The notes: a model not told the origin generated them from the letters alone. A stretch of 64,000 bases of DNA from an uncultured Candidatus Rokubacteria bacterium (GCA_963758635.1 CAVWWD010000008.1:992001-1056000); one strand, 5' to 3'; shown: positions 45,032-55,586, counted from the first letter of the stretch. Numbers and translations are program-made.

Positions 45032-46609
45032 CTACTTGTCCAGCCACACGCCCCAGAACCGCGGACGCTCGGTCTTGTCGTTGAAGCCCTTCACGTGCTT
45101 GCGCATGGCGCGGAGCCCGAAGAGGTCGCCGTAGCGGATCACCGGGACCTTCTCGTAGAACGTCTTCGTCATCTGCACCCAGAGGTCGTAGCGCTTCTTC
45201 GGGTCGGTCTCCCGGGCGAGCTGGGCGTTGAGCGTCATGAACTCCTCGTCCGACGTCCAGCCCGGCCAGTTGGGCCCCATGTAGATGTGGTGGGTGGGGT
45301 CGTAGAAGTTCCCCATGCCGGTGGTGAAGACGTTGTACTCCTTGGGCTGGACGCGGCGCTGCCCGAGGGTGGCCCAGTCCATGACCTGGAGGTCGATCTT
45401 GAAGCCGACCTCCTCGAGCTGCTGCTTGGAGACCAGGGCGAAGTCGTACATCCACTTGTATTCCTGCGTGGTCATGAACCGCACCGGCTCGCCCTTGTAG
45501 CCCGCCTCGCGCAGGAGCTGCCGCGCCTTGTCCTTGTTGCGCTCGTTCCACGGCAGCCCGGCGATCTTCGTGTGCCAGGTGGGCAGCTCCTGGAAGGCGA
45601 GGCTACTGTCCATGCGGAAGAACTCCGGCTTGCCGCCCGCCACCGTCTTCATGATCGGCTCGATGTCGATGGCGGCCTGCCAGGCCTGGCGGAGCTTCTG
45701 GTTCGTCATCAGGCCTTCCTTCTTGTTGAAGACCGCGACGAGCCAGTAGTACGGCTTCACGATGAGGGGCTGCACGCTGGGGTTGGCCTTCAGCCGGTCG
45801 TAGGCGTCGGCCACGAGGTCGTCGCTGAAGTCGAGGTCGCCGGACTCGATCTGGGCCGCCCGGCTCGCCGCGTCGGGGACAGGGATCCAGCGGAGCTCGT
45901 CCACGTACGCGGTCTTGCCCCCGCCGTAGCCGGACTGCGGCTCGCTCCGCGACTTGTACTCGTCGAAGCGGGTCATGCGGATGTACTGGTCCGGCTTCCA
46001 CTCGGCGAGCTTGAAGGGGCCGGTGCCCACCCACTCGGTGATGCGCTGGTCGGGCGGGAACTTGTCGGCGATCTCCTTGGGGAAGATCGCGCCGAAGTTG
46101 TTGGGCACGGCGAGCGAGATCAGGACGATCGCCGATTTCTCCTTCAGCTTGAACTCCACCGTGTTCTTGTCCACGGCGCGGAAGTCGGCGACCTGCGCGA
46201 AGAGGGACTTGCCGTAGGTCGAGCGCTTCCCCCAGCGGGTGAGCGACGAGACCACGTCCGCCGAGGTCATCTCCTTGCCGTTGTGGAACTTGATGCCCTG
46301 GCGGAGCTTGATCGTGTACGTGAGCCCGTCGCGGGACACCGCGGGCAGGCCCTCGGCGAGCATGGGGACGGGCCGGTAGGACGCGTCGAGGCTGTACAGG
46401 CCCTCGAACACGTGGTTGGTCAGCACCTCGGTGATGGTCTGCGTCCCCCAGTGCGGATCCAGGGACGGCGGCTCGCCGAGGTTGCCGATCTTGAAGATGC
46501 CGCCCTTCTTCTGGGCGGCCACCTCGGGCGTCGGACCGGCGAGGACGAGGGCGGAGAGGACGAGCAGGGTCGGGAACAGGACGCGGGTCAGCTTTGGCAG
46601 CGATCGCAT
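45032..46609 (-). CDS. ABC substrate-binding protein, family 5
   Basis: Signal peptide, GEPPSLDP, LRQGIKFHNG, GTGPFK. Confidence 0.92.
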   Translation of the reverse strand: MRSLPKLTRVLFPTLLVLSALVLAGPTPEVAAQKKGGIFKIGNLGEPPSLDPHWGTQTITEVLTNHVFEGLYSLDASYRPVPMLAEGLPAVSRDGLTYTIKLRQGIKFHNGKEMTSADVVSSLTRWGKRSTYGKSLFAQVADFRAVDKNTVEFKLKEKSAIVLISLAVPNNFGAIFPKEIADKFPPDQRITEWVGTGPFKLAEWKPDQYIRMTRFDEYKSRSEPQSGYGGGKTAYVDELRWIPVPDAASRAAQIESGDLDFSDDLVADAYDRLKANPSVQPLIVKPYYWLVAVFNKKEGLMTNQKLRQAWQAAIDIEPIMKTVAGGKPEFFRMDSSLAFQELPTWHTKIAGLPWNERNKDKARQLLREAGYKGEPVRFMTTQEYKWMYDFALVSKQQLEEVGFKIDLQVMDWATLGQRRVQPKEYNVFTTGMGNFYDPTHHIYMGPNWPGWTSDEEFMTLNAQLARETDPKKRYDLWVQMTKTFYEKVPVIRYGDLFGLRAMRKHVKGFNDKTERPRFWGVWLDK

Positions 46610-46690
46610 CGCTCAGGCTCCTTTCGCCGCCCTCGGCGGCGCCCCATGGTCGCCGAACCCATCGGCCCCGTCAACCAGGGGGCGGGCATC

Positions 46691-46851
46691 ACCATGGGGC
46701 GGGCACCCGGGCTTCGCCCGCCCGCCCCGGACGCGCGAGTTTCGCGGGGCGGTGAGCTTGCGTCCGGCCGGCGCGCGGCCCAGCGTTCAGCCGCGCGAAA
46801 GCTCGGGCGTCAGGGGCGGGCGTGGCGAAGCCCGGGTGCCCGCCCCATGGT
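46691..46851. repeat. 161-nt long inverted repeat (MITE-like hairpin)
   Basis: Perfect 28-bp terminal IR ACCATGGGGCGGGCACCCGGGCTTCGCC, continued inward by CGCCCGCCCC/GGGGCGGGCG, GACGC/GCGTC, TTTCGCG/CGCGAAA. Confidence 0.85.
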
Positions 46852-46890
46852 AGAGTCGGCCGCGTTGCCAACCGACCCAAGGAGCGTGTC

Positions 46891-47967
46891 ATGCACGTCG
46901 CTCACGAGCGTCTTCGACGACTGATCGGGGAGATCATCCAGCGCGGGGGCAGCGAGCCCGCGGAAGCGGACCTGGTGGCCGGCCACCTGGTGGACGCGAA
47001 CCTGGCCGGGCACGACAGCCACGGCGTCCAGCTCGTGCCCGCCTACGTCCGGCACCTCCAGGACGGGCTCGTCGTGCCCAACAGCCCGGTGAAGGTGGCG
47101 AAGGACGACGGCGCGTTCCTGATGTTCGACGGCCAGCGCGGCTACGGGCGGCGCGTGGCCGGCGAGGCCATGGCCATGGGGATCGAGCGCTGCCGGCAGA
47201 CCGGCGTGACCGTGCTGACCCTGGCCAACGCGCACCACATCGGTCGCGTGGGCGCGTACGGCGAGATGGCGAGCGCGGCCGGCCTCGTGTCCATGCACTT
47301 CGTCAACGTGGCCGATCACGCCGGCCTCGTGGCGCCGTTCCGTGGCACGGACTCGCGCTTCTCGACCAACCCGGTCTGCATCGCGATCCCCGGCACCGAC
47401 AGCCAGGCCCCGCTCTTGCTGGACATGGCCACCAGCGGCGTCGCACTGGGCAAGGTCGTGGTGGCGAGGAACGCGGGCAAGCGCGTGCCCGAGGGGAACC
47501 TGATGGACGCGAGCGGCCGGCCCACCACGGACCCGGGCGTCATGTTCGAGGAGCCGCGCGGCTCCCTGCTCCCGTTCGGGGCCCACAAGGGGTACGGGCT
47601 CGCCGTGCTCGCGGAGCTGCTCGCCGGCGGACTGTCGGGGGGCGGCACCATCCAGCCGGGCAACCCCCGTCGCGGCGGCGTGGTGAACAACATGTTCGCG
47701 GTCGTCGTCGATCCCGCCCGGCTCGCCGGCGCCGACTGGCTGCGACGGGAGATCGACGGCTTCGTGAGCTACGTCAAGGCCTCGCCCCCCGTGGACCCCG
47801 CCGCGCCCGTGCTGGTGCCCGGAGACCCGGAGCGGGCCTCGCGAGACGCGCGCCGGCGCACCGGGATCCCGCTGGATCCGACGACCTGGGAAGGTGTCCT
47901 CGCCTCCGGAGAGACCCTCGGGCTCTCCCGGAAGGACGCCGAGACCATCGCCGCCCCTTCGGCCTAG
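46891..47967 (+). CDS. Ldh-2 family malate/lactate/ureidoglycolate dehydrogenase (YbiC/HcxB-like)
   Basis: GHDSHGV, HHIGRVG, STNPVC, LDMATS, HKGYGLA. Confidence 0.9.
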   Translation: MHVAHERLRRLIGEIIQRGGSEPAEADLVAGHLVDANLAGHDSHGVQLVPAYVRHLQDGLVVPNSPVKVAKDDGAFLMFDGQRGYGRRVAGEAMAMGIERCRQTGVTVLTLANAHHIGRVGAYGEMASAAGLVSMHFVNVADHAGLVAPFRGTDSRFSTNPVCIAIPGTDSQAPLLLDMATSGVALGKVVVARNAGKRVPEGNLMDASGRPTTDPGVMFEEPRGSLLPFGAHKGYGLAVLAELLAGGLSGGGTIQPGNPRRGGVVNNMFAVVVDPARLAGADWLRREIDGFVSYVKASPPVDPAAPVLVPGDPERASRDARRRTGIPLDPTTWEGVLASGETLGLSRKDAETIAAPSA

Positions 47968-47981
47968 CCTCAGGGGCGGCT

Positions 47982-48900
47982 TCAGCTCTCCCGGGCCGCG
48001 CCCTGGACGCCGCGCAGCTTGGGGTCCAGGAGGTCGCGGAGGCCGTCGCCGAAGAGGTTGAGCCCGAGGATGCTCAGCATGATCGCGGCGCCGGGGAACA
48101 GCGTGAGCCAGGCCGCCTGCTGGATGTAGAGCCGCCCCTCGGCGAGGACGTTGCCCCACGACGGGATCTGCGGGGGCACGCCGACGCCCAGGAAGGAGAG
48201 CGCGGCCTCGCCGAGCACGGCGGCGGCGAAGATGAACGTCCCCTGGACGATGACCGGCGACAGGCAGTTCGGCAGCACGTGCAGCATGAGGATGCGGTAA
48301 TCGGGAATGCCGAGCGCCCGCGCCGCCTCGATGTAGGGCGTCTCGCGAATGACGAGGACCGAGCCCCGGACGATCCGGGCCACGCGCGGCACGTACACCA
48401 CCCCGAGCGCGAAGATGACGTTGATCACGCTGGGCCCCAGCGCGGCCATCAGGGCGATGGCCAGGATGATGCCGGGGAAGGCCATGAGCCCGTCCATCAC
48501 GCGCATGAGGACGTTGTCGAGCGCGGTGTAGAAGCCGCCGAGGAGCCCGAAGAAGAGCCCCCCGACGAACGAGAGCAGCACCACCGAGCTGCCCACCAGC
48601 ATCGACAGGCGCGCGCCGTAGATGACGCGGCTCCAGGCGTCGCGGCCGACGTCGTCCGTGCCGAACCAGTGCGTGGCGCTGGGGGGCGACAGGCGAGACT
48701 TCACGTCGAGGAGCCAGGGGGTCCCAGCGCGAGATCGCGGGGGCGGCGAGGGCCACCAGCACGTTGAGGACCACGAGCACCACGCCGACCACCGCGGTCT
48801 TCCGCCGCAGGAAGACGCGCACGCCGAGCCACTTCGGCGACTCCGCGGGGGCCGCGATGAGCGCGCGGTCGGTGAGAGCGCCCACCGTGCCCGTGCTCAT
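47982..48900 (-). CDS. Peptide/nickel ABC permease (DppC-like); frameshift near 48710
   Basis: GTDDVGRD, YIEAARALG, HVLPN, PSWGN. Confidence 0.9.
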
Positions 48901-49841
48901 CGGTAGCGGATCCGCGGGTCCAGCGCGAGGTAGGCGAGGTCCACGGCGAGGTTCACCAGCGTGTAGGCGACGGCGATCAGCAGCACCACGCCCTGGATCA
49001 CCGGGTAGTCGCGCCGGAGCACGGCGGAGATGATGAGCCGGCCGAGCCCGGGGATGTTGAACACCGTCTCGATCACGACCGCGCCCCCGACGAGGATGGC
49101 GAACGTGATGCCGATGACGGTGAGGGTGGGGATGATCGCGTTCTTGAGCGCGTGCTTGTAGACGACCACCCGCTCGGACAGTCCCTTGGAGCGCCCGGCC
49201 AGGATGTACTGCTCGCGCAGCACGTCCAGCATGCTCGATCGCGTGATGCGGGCGATGAGCGCCGACTGCACGAGCCCGAGCGACACCGCGGGCATGATCA
49301 GCGAGCGGAGGTTCGGCCAGAGCCCGGACTCGAGCGGGACGTAGCCCGCCACGGGCAGCCAGCCCAGCCAGACGCCGAACACCAGGATCATGATGAGGCC
49401 GAGGAGGAAGTTCGGGATCGACAGGCCGACGAGGGCCAGGCCCATGAACGTCTGGTCGAGGGCGGAGTTGTGGAAGCGCGCCGAGACGACCCCCGCGGGC
49501 ACGCCGATGAGGACGGCGAGGAGGGTGGCCCAGCTCGTGAGGAGCAGCGTCGGCTCGAGGCGATCGAGGATCGCCTCGAGGACGGGCCGGCGCAGGAAGA
49601 TCGACTGACCCAGGTCGCCGACGAGCAGGCGGCCGTACCACTTCACGAGCTGGACGGGCAGCGATTCGTCCAGCCCGAGCTGATGGCGGAGCTTGGCGAC
49701 GTCGTCGGGCGCAGCGTAGGGGCCGGCGATGATGCTGGCGGGGTCGCCGGGGGCCAAGTGGATGAGCACGAACGCCACCGTGGCCACGACGATCATGACC
49801 GGGATCACCGCGATCACCCGGCGCAGGAGGTAGACGTGCAC
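48897..49841 (-). CDS. Peptide/nickel ABC permease (DppB-like)
   Basis: APGDPA, HALKNA, PGLGRL, RDYPVIQG. Confidence 0.92.
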   Translation of the reverse strand: MHVYLLRRVIAVIPVMIVVATVAFVLIHLAPGDPASIIAGPYAAPDDVAKLRHQLGLDESLPVQLVKWYGRLLVGDLGQSIFLRRPVLEAILDRLEPTLLLTSWATLLAVLIGVPAGVVSARFHNSALDQTFMGLALVGLSIPNFLLGLIMILVFGVWLGWLPVAGYVPLESGLWPNLRSLIMPAVSLGLVQSALIARITRSSMLDVLREQYILAGRSKGLSERVVVYKHALKNAIIPTLTVIGITFAILVGGAVVIETVFNIPGLGRLIISAVLRRDYPVIQGVVLLIAVAYTLVNLAVDLAYLALDPRIRYR

Positions 49842-50001
49842 GGCTCAGCCTCTCGGGGCGTTCGTGAGGGGGCGGCGGACGGGCGCGTTCGTCGGATTCA
49901 CCGTGGGCTCCGCCGGCGTGAGCATGACACCGCAGCGCGAGGATAGGGCACACGCCGGAGGCCCGCAAGCCGTCTGTGGCCGCCCGCCACGGCTTGGACA
50001 G

Positions 50002-50261
50002 GTCGCCGCGATCCCGAGCTGGTGGTGCTCGACAAGGACGGCCAGCCCGCTGGTGTCCGTTACCACGTCCTGCCCGCCATGCTGCTCAACGAGCTGCAAC
50101 GGCCGCAGCGCACCGTCGAACAGCAGCAGCGCACCGTCGAAGCGCAGGCCTCGCGGCTGGCCGAGTACGACGAGCGCCTCCGCGACCAGACCCGACTCAT
50201 CGACGAGCTGACGCCGCGGCTCTCCCGCTTGGAAGCGAAGGGCGCCGCGGCGGGACGCTGA
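50002..50261 (+). pseudogene. C-terminal remnant of a peptidase S74 (tail-fibre intramolecular chaperone) domain protein
   Basis: PELVVLDKDGQPAGVRYHVLPAMLLNELQ followed by a coiled coil; the upstream autocleavage part is absent. Confidence 0.6.
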
Positions 50262-50411
50262 GCGGCTTCCTGCTGGAGCCCGCGCGGGACGGCGGGGAGC
50301 CAGGCGAGCCAGGCGTTCATCGCCTGGCTTCTGCCGCCCCGCGGCGGCCTGGACTGGCCAGGGCCGAGGGATATCGCTCGAAGATCGCGGCCCCGGGGAA
50401 CTACCTCGGGC

Positions 50412-51179
50412 TCATTTGTACGCGGCACAAACAACGCGCTTGCCGCGCCGATGCTGCTCGTAGGCGCCCGGGGGCGGCGCGATGAACTCGATCCGTGAGA
50501 ATCCCGCCTGCTCGAGCATGAACCGCAGGGCGTTGGGTGATGGGCAGGTGGCCATCGGCGTCGCCCCGGTCGCCGGGTTGTGGTTGTGAAATTCCGCCGA
50601 TTCGTCGATGAGAGCCAGAGCGCCGTGATAGGGGTACGCCCATTCCCGCGCGCCCCATTCCGTCTGCCCCTGGACCTCCTCGATGACTTGCGTCTCGATG
50701 ATGCAGAGCTCGCTGGTGATGCGGCTGATGTTGCGGAGGCACACCATCGGACTCTCCAGGTGATACAACACGCCCAGGAAGAGGCACAACTCGTAGGGTC
50801 CGCTGCCGTCCACACGAAGGTCCTCGCAGTTGCACAGCTCGTAGGTCAGATTCCGCAGCCCCAGCACCTCGGCGACGAAGCGGGCCTTGGCCAGACTGGC
50901 CTCCCGCACATCCACGCCTCGGACTTCACGCAGGTCCTTGCGCGCCATCGCAATCGAATAAAAGCCCTCGTGACACCCGACGTCCAGGCACCGGATCTGG
51001 CGCAGGCGCGCGCCGAAATGCTCCTCGACGGCTCGATTGACCATGTCAAGGCGCGTCTGATGAATGGGCGCCACCTCTGGCGGCAGCGCTGAAACCGTGC
51101 GGCCATGGATTCCCAGATCGAACTCGTAGAACCAGGGGGCCAGGGCCGCGATGCGCGTCTGAATCTCCTGGCTGGTCAT
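50412..51179 (-). CDS. Class I SAM-dependent methyltransferase (CmoB/DUF1698-like)
   Basis: PWFYEFDL, LDVGCHEGFYS, FLGVLYHL, LEQAGF. Confidence 0.85.
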   Translation of the reverse strand: MTSQEIQTRIAALAPWFYEFDLGIHGRTVSALPPEVAPIHQTRLDMVNRAVEEHFGARLRQIRCLDVGCHEGFYSIAMARKDLREVRGVDVREASLAKARFVAEVLGLRNLTYELCNCEDLRVDGSGPYELCLFLGVLYHLESPMVCLRNISRITSELCIIETQVIEEVQGQTEWGAREWAYPYHGALALIDESAEFHNHNPATGATPMATCPSPNALRFMLEQAGFSRIEFIAPPPGAYEQHRRGKRVVCAAYK

Positions 51180-51342
51180 AGGGGTCAACGGAGCCCTCCA
51201 TCCGTGAGCCCGGCCTCGGATGATGTACCATGCGTGGCCAGGCGTTCGTAGCACGGTCGCCGACATCCTACGCTTCCGCGAGAGGTCAGGTCATCCAGAT
51301 CCTGGTCGCCTTCGAGCACCCGCCGCGATCGAGGAGGTGTCG

Positions 51343-52452
51343 ATGAGGGTCTACGCGTTCGACCTGATGCCGTGGCCGCATCTCACGGAGCCGTCGTACT
51401 ACCCGGACGCGAACGCTGGCTTCGACCCCGTCCTGGGCCGCCAGGTCTACGCCGAGCACCTCGACCAGATGGTGCTCTACGAGCGCCACGGCTTCGACGC
51501 CATCGGCATCAACGAGCACCACTCCAAGCCGTACGGCCTCATGCCGTCGCCGAACCTGATCGCGGCCGCGCTGACCCAGCGGACGAGCCGCATCAAGATC
51601 GCGCTCCTCGGCAACCTGCCCGCCCTGCACGCGCACCCCGTGCGGCTGGCCGAGGAGGTCGCGATGCTCGACGTCATGTCCGGCGGCCGCATCATCTCGG
51701 GCTTCGTGCGGGGCGTGCCCCAGGAGTACCTCGCGCTCGGCGGCTCGCTCGCCGAGTCGCGCGAGCGCCTGGACGAGGCGTGGGAGCTGATCGTGAAGGC
51801 GTGGACCACGCACGAGCCGTTCGAGTGGCGCGGCAAGCACTTCCAGTACGAGCGCGTGTCGATCTGGCCGCGGCCGCTCCAGCAGCCGCACCCGCCGATC
51901 GTGCTGCCTGCGGACAGCGAGGAGGGGCTCGAGCTGGCCGCCCGCCGGCGCGTGGGGACGGGCGTCGCGTATCGCTCGACGACGCGGGCACGGGCCGTCT
52001 TCGAGCGCTACCGCCAGCTCGCCGACCGGCACGGCTGGACGCCACGGGCCGAGGACTGCCACGTGCTCCGCCACGTCTACGTGGCCGAGACGAACGAGCG
52101 GGCGCGGGCCGAGGCGGAGCCGCACCTCGCGTACTTCTGGCAGAAGCTCCTGAGCTATCACCGGGGCTCCGCGAAGCTCCTGGGCCAGGCCCCGCCCGCG
52201 CCCCCGGCCTCCGTCCGCGTCACCGAGGACCTGCCGCTCTACGCGCTCGACTTCGACCTGACCCAGCAGCACGGCCTCACGTTCGTGGGCGACCCCGACC
52301 ACGTCGCCCACGGGATCCGCGCGCACATGCAGGAGCTGGGCGCGGGCACCTTCATGGGTCTGTTCCAGTTCGGCAGCCTGCCCCACGACCTGGCCTGCCG
52401 CAACATCGAGCTCTTCGCCGAGCGCGTGCTCCCCCAGCTGCGTCTCGCCTGA
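51343..52452 (+). CDS. LLM-class flavin-dependent oxidoreductase
   Basis: INEHH, PSPNL, HPVRLAEEVAMLDVMSGGR, WPRPLQQPHPP. Confidence 0.9.
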   Translation: MRVYAFDLMPWPHLTEPSYYPDANAGFDPVLGRQVYAEHLDQMVLYERHGFDAIGINEHHSKPYGLMPSPNLIAAALTQRTSRIKIALLGNLPALHAHPVRLAEEVAMLDVMSGGRIISGFVRGVPQEYLALGGSLAESRERLDEAWELIVKAWTTHEPFEWRGKHFQYERVSIWPRPLQQPHPPIVLPADSEEGLELAARRRVGTGVAYRSTTRARAVFERYRQLADRHGWTPRAEDCHVLRHVYVAETNERARAEAEPHLAYFWQKLLSYHRGSAKLLGQAPPAPPASVRVTEDLPLYALDFDLTQQHGLTFVGDPDHVAHGIRAHMQELGAGTFMGLFQFGSLPHDLACRNIELFAERVLPQLRLA

Positions 52453-52739
52453 CCCGCCGGCGTTACCTCGCGAGCGGTCGCCGGGACCCGCGGGCGGGGC
52501 GGCGGCGGAGGGCCCTTGTGGCGTGACGCCTCGGCGCGGGCGCGGGCGGGGCGACGCGGGGCGCGGCCCCCCCATCCCCAGGGACGGGCCGCGCGCGCGG
52601 CTGCCGACCCGCGACGGCGCGCTCGCCCCGCCCGGCCTGCGAGCGTGCGCCACGGGCCCGCCGCTGCCGCCCCGCCCGCGGGGCCCGGCGGACCGGCGTA
52701 CGTGCGCGCGCCGAGCCCATGATACCGGCGATGCCTGCG

Positions 52740-54326
52740 TCAGCGGGCGAGCCAGGTGTTCCAGAAGTAGAGCTCGGGGCCGGCGCGGAAGCCGCGCAGC
52801 TCCTTGCGGGTCACGTCCAGCGAGAAGTAGTCGCCGAACTTGATGCGGCCAACGTCCTCGTGGAAGATCGCCTGAACGCGCTCGATCAGCGCCTTGCGCT
52901 TCTTCGGGTCCGTCTCGCGCACCATCTCGGTGAGGAGCTTCTCCTTCTCCTCGTGGCACCACCAGCCGGGCCAGTTGCACTGGATGCTCGTGGCCAGCGC
53001 GGGGTCGGCGGTGAACGTGAAGCCGGTCGAGAACACGTCGAACAGCTCGGGCTTGTTGCGCCGCTGCACGAGGGTGGCCCAGTCCACCACCTGGAGATCG
53101 ACCTTGAAGCCGACCTCCTCGAGCTGCTGCTTGGCCACCAGCGCGTTCTTGTACATCCACTCGTACTCGCGCGTGCTGATCCAGCGGACGGGCTCGCCCT
53201 TGTAGCCGGCTTCCTGGAGGAGCTTCTTCGCCTTGTCCTTGCCCTTCTGGTTGTACGCGCTCACCGCGGCCTGCGAGTGCCAGGCCGTCTGCTCGGGGTA
53301 GAAGAGGGCGCCGTCCAGGCGGTAGAACTCCTTGTTGCCGAAGCCCGCGGCCATGATCGGCTCCATGTCGAGCGCGGCCTGGAAGGCCTGGCGGAGCTTC
53401 TTCTGGGTCATCAGGCCCTGCTTGTGGTTGAGGACCGCGGTGGTCCAGCCGGACGGCTTCACCACCCGGGCGTCGAGGGCGGCGATCGTCTTGACGCGGT
53501 CGTACTGGTCCTGCTTGATCTGCTGGCCGAAGTGGTACTCGCCCGTCTCCACGCCGGCCAGGCGCACCGCCACGTCGGGCACGGGGATGAACAGGATCTC
53601 GTCGAGGTACGCCGTGCGCTTGCCGCCGTAGCCGTCGGGGGCGTCCGCGCGGGCCGCGTAGTCCTTGAAGCGGGCGAGCTTGATGTGGCGGTCGGGCTTG
53701 TGCTCGACGAAGCGGTACGGCCCGGTGCCGACGATGTCCTTGACCTGGCCCTCGCCCGCCGCGGCGATCGTCTCCTTGGGATAGATGGCGGCGCCGTTGT
53801 TGGGGCGGCCGAGCCCGTAGAGGAGCGAGCCCGAGGCCTCCTTCAGGTGGATCACCACGGTGTAGGCGTCCTTGGCCTCTACCGCCTCCACGTCCTTCCA
53901 GATGAGCTTGCCGGGGGTGGACATCTTGCCCCAGCGCTGGAGGGAGGGCACCACGTCGGCGGACGTCATCTCCTTGCCGGTGTGGAACTTGACGCCCTTG
54001 CGGAGCGCGATCGTGTAGCGCCGGCCGCCGTCCGTCACGGTGTGGCCCTCGGCGAGCATGGGGATCGGGTTGAAGTTCTTGTCGTAGGTGTAGAGCGTCT
54101 CGAGCACGTGCCACGTGATCTGCTGGGTGATGACCGCGGTCGTGGCGTGCAGGTCGAGCGAGGGCGGCTCGCCGATCATCGCGGCCTTGAGCACCCCGCC
54201 CATGCGGGGGGTGTCCTGCGCGGCCGCCTGCGGGGCGGCGGCGATCAGGACCAGGAACAGCGAGAGCCACGTGGTGGGCCGGCGGCTCCACCGGTAGATG
54301 ATCGTCTCGAGCCGTGTCGTCTTCAT
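52740..54326 (-). CDS. ABC substrate-binding protein, family 5 (paralog of 45032-46609)
   Basis: GEPPSLD, LRKGVKFHTG, GYGGKRTAYLDE, QQLEEVGFKVDLQVVDWATL. Confidence 0.92.
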   Translation of the reverse strand: MKTTRLETIIYRWSRRPTTWLSLFLVLIAAAPQAAAQDTPRMGGVLKAAMIGEPPSLDLHATTAVITQQITWHVLETLYTYDKNFNPIPMLAEGHTVTDGGRRYTIALRKGVKFHTGKEMTSADVVPSLQRWGKMSTPGKLIWKDVEAVEAKDAYTVVIHLKEASGSLLYGLGRPNNGAAIYPKETIAAAGEGQVKDIVGTGPYRFVEHKPDRHIKLARFKDYAARADAPDGYGGKRTAYLDEILFIPVPDVAVRLAGVETGEYHFGQQIKQDQYDRVKTIAALDARVVKPSGWTTAVLNHKQGLMTQKKLRQAFQAALDMEPIMAAGFGNKEFYRLDGALFYPEQTAWHSQAAVSAYNQKGKDKAKKLLQEAGYKGEPVRWISTREYEWMYKNALVAKQQLEEVGFKVDLQVVDWATLVQRRNKPELFDVFSTGFTFTADPALATSIQCNWPGWWCHEEKEKLLTEMVRETDPKKRKALIERVQAIFHEDVGRIKFGDYFSLDVTRKELRGFRAGPELYFWNTWLAR

Positions 54327-54430
54327 GAGCGTCCCCCTCTTGGCGCGTCGTCGTGGCGCGGCGGGCCGACTCTACGGCATCGGCCGCCGCGCCGCCAGTC
54401 TCGATCCCGGGCCCCTTCGCGGCCGGCCGT

Positions 54431-54740
54431 CTACTTCTTGCCGAACACGCCGAGGAGGCCGGACAGGAACTCGCCCTTGCCGATGACCTGGTCCAGCTCG
54501 CCGGCGTCCAGCCAGAGGCCGTCGCACGACACGCACTTGTCGATCCGCACCTGCCGGAACGGCACCTCGACCAGCTCGGCCCCGTCGCGCGGGCAGCGCA
54601 TGCGAGGAATCTGGGCGAGCTTCGCCCGCTCCTCCACGGCGAGCGCCGCGGCGCGCTCCTCGGCCTGCTTCTTCCGGCGCTCGAACTCCTGACGCGCGAA
54701 GTACTCGTCCTCGGATTCAGTGGGCTTCTGTGGGGCTCAC
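54431..54740 (-). CDS. Small zinc-ribbon protein (zf-TFIIB-like); indel near the start
   Basis: KPTESEDEYFARQEFE...MRCPRDG...IDKCVSCDGLWLDAGEL; RBS GAGGAGG. Confidence 0.8.
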
Positions 54741-54804
54741 TCGTGGCTCCTCCTCGCCTGGGGATTGGGGGCTAGGGATAGGGACAGCGCCGACCGCCCG
54801 GTCG

Positions 54805-55390
54805 TCACGAGACCCGGGCGCGGCGACCTTGCCAGAACGGCTCGCGCAGGACGCGCTTGAGCACCTTGCCCGAGCCGGTGTGCGGCAGCTCGTCCACGAA
54901 GGCGACGGAGCGGGGCACCTTGTAGCCGGCGAGCGCGCCGCGGGCGAAGGTCACCACGTCCTCCGCGGAGACGGTGTGGCCGGCGCGGGGGACCACCACG
55001 GCGTGCACGCTCTCGCCCCACTCCTCGCTCGGAACGCCGAAGACCGCGGCCTGCAGGATGGCGGGGTGCCGCGCCAGCGCGGCCTCGATCTCGGCCGGAT
55101 ACACGTTCATGCCGCCGGTGATGATCATGTCGCTCTTGCGGTCGCAGATGTGATGTCTTGAGGAGCGCGTGGATCGCGCGCACCACGCCGGGCGAGTTCT
55201 GGCCGCACCAGGCCACCTTGTCCCCCGGCCGCACGCCCAGCGCGAGGAGCGCGTTGGCGAGGCGGTTGGCCTGGCGGTTCAGCTCGGCGAAGGTCCACGT
55301 GGTGACGGCGCCGCCGGGGCGGTCGTCGATGACGGCGGGCTTGTCCGGAATCTGGGCGGCGTGCGCGATCACGGGCGAGGGCACGAACAC
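54805..55390 (-). pseudogene. Acyl-CoA synthetase (AMP-binding) with a large internal deletion
   Basis: N-terminal ~80 aa (PDKPAV, TFAELNRQANRLANAL, GVRPGDKV) joined out of frame to C-terminal DRKSDMIITGGMNVYPAEIE...LPHTGSGKV; P-loop and YGxTE missing. Confidence 0.8.
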
Positions 55391-55586
55391 ACCTCCGTAA
55401 CGGGTTCGCGAGCGTGAGGGCATCGGCATCGGATTTCGCTCGATGATACCTCCGGCGTCAACGCCATTCGCGGCGTGAGATCGGCGCCTTGACTTCGACG
55501 GCCGGTTCACGCACATGATGGCCCGGCCGTCACGTCGGGGGCGGGCGCCCCGGCCGGGCGGACGACAATCCAGGAGGGGGAGGGCG

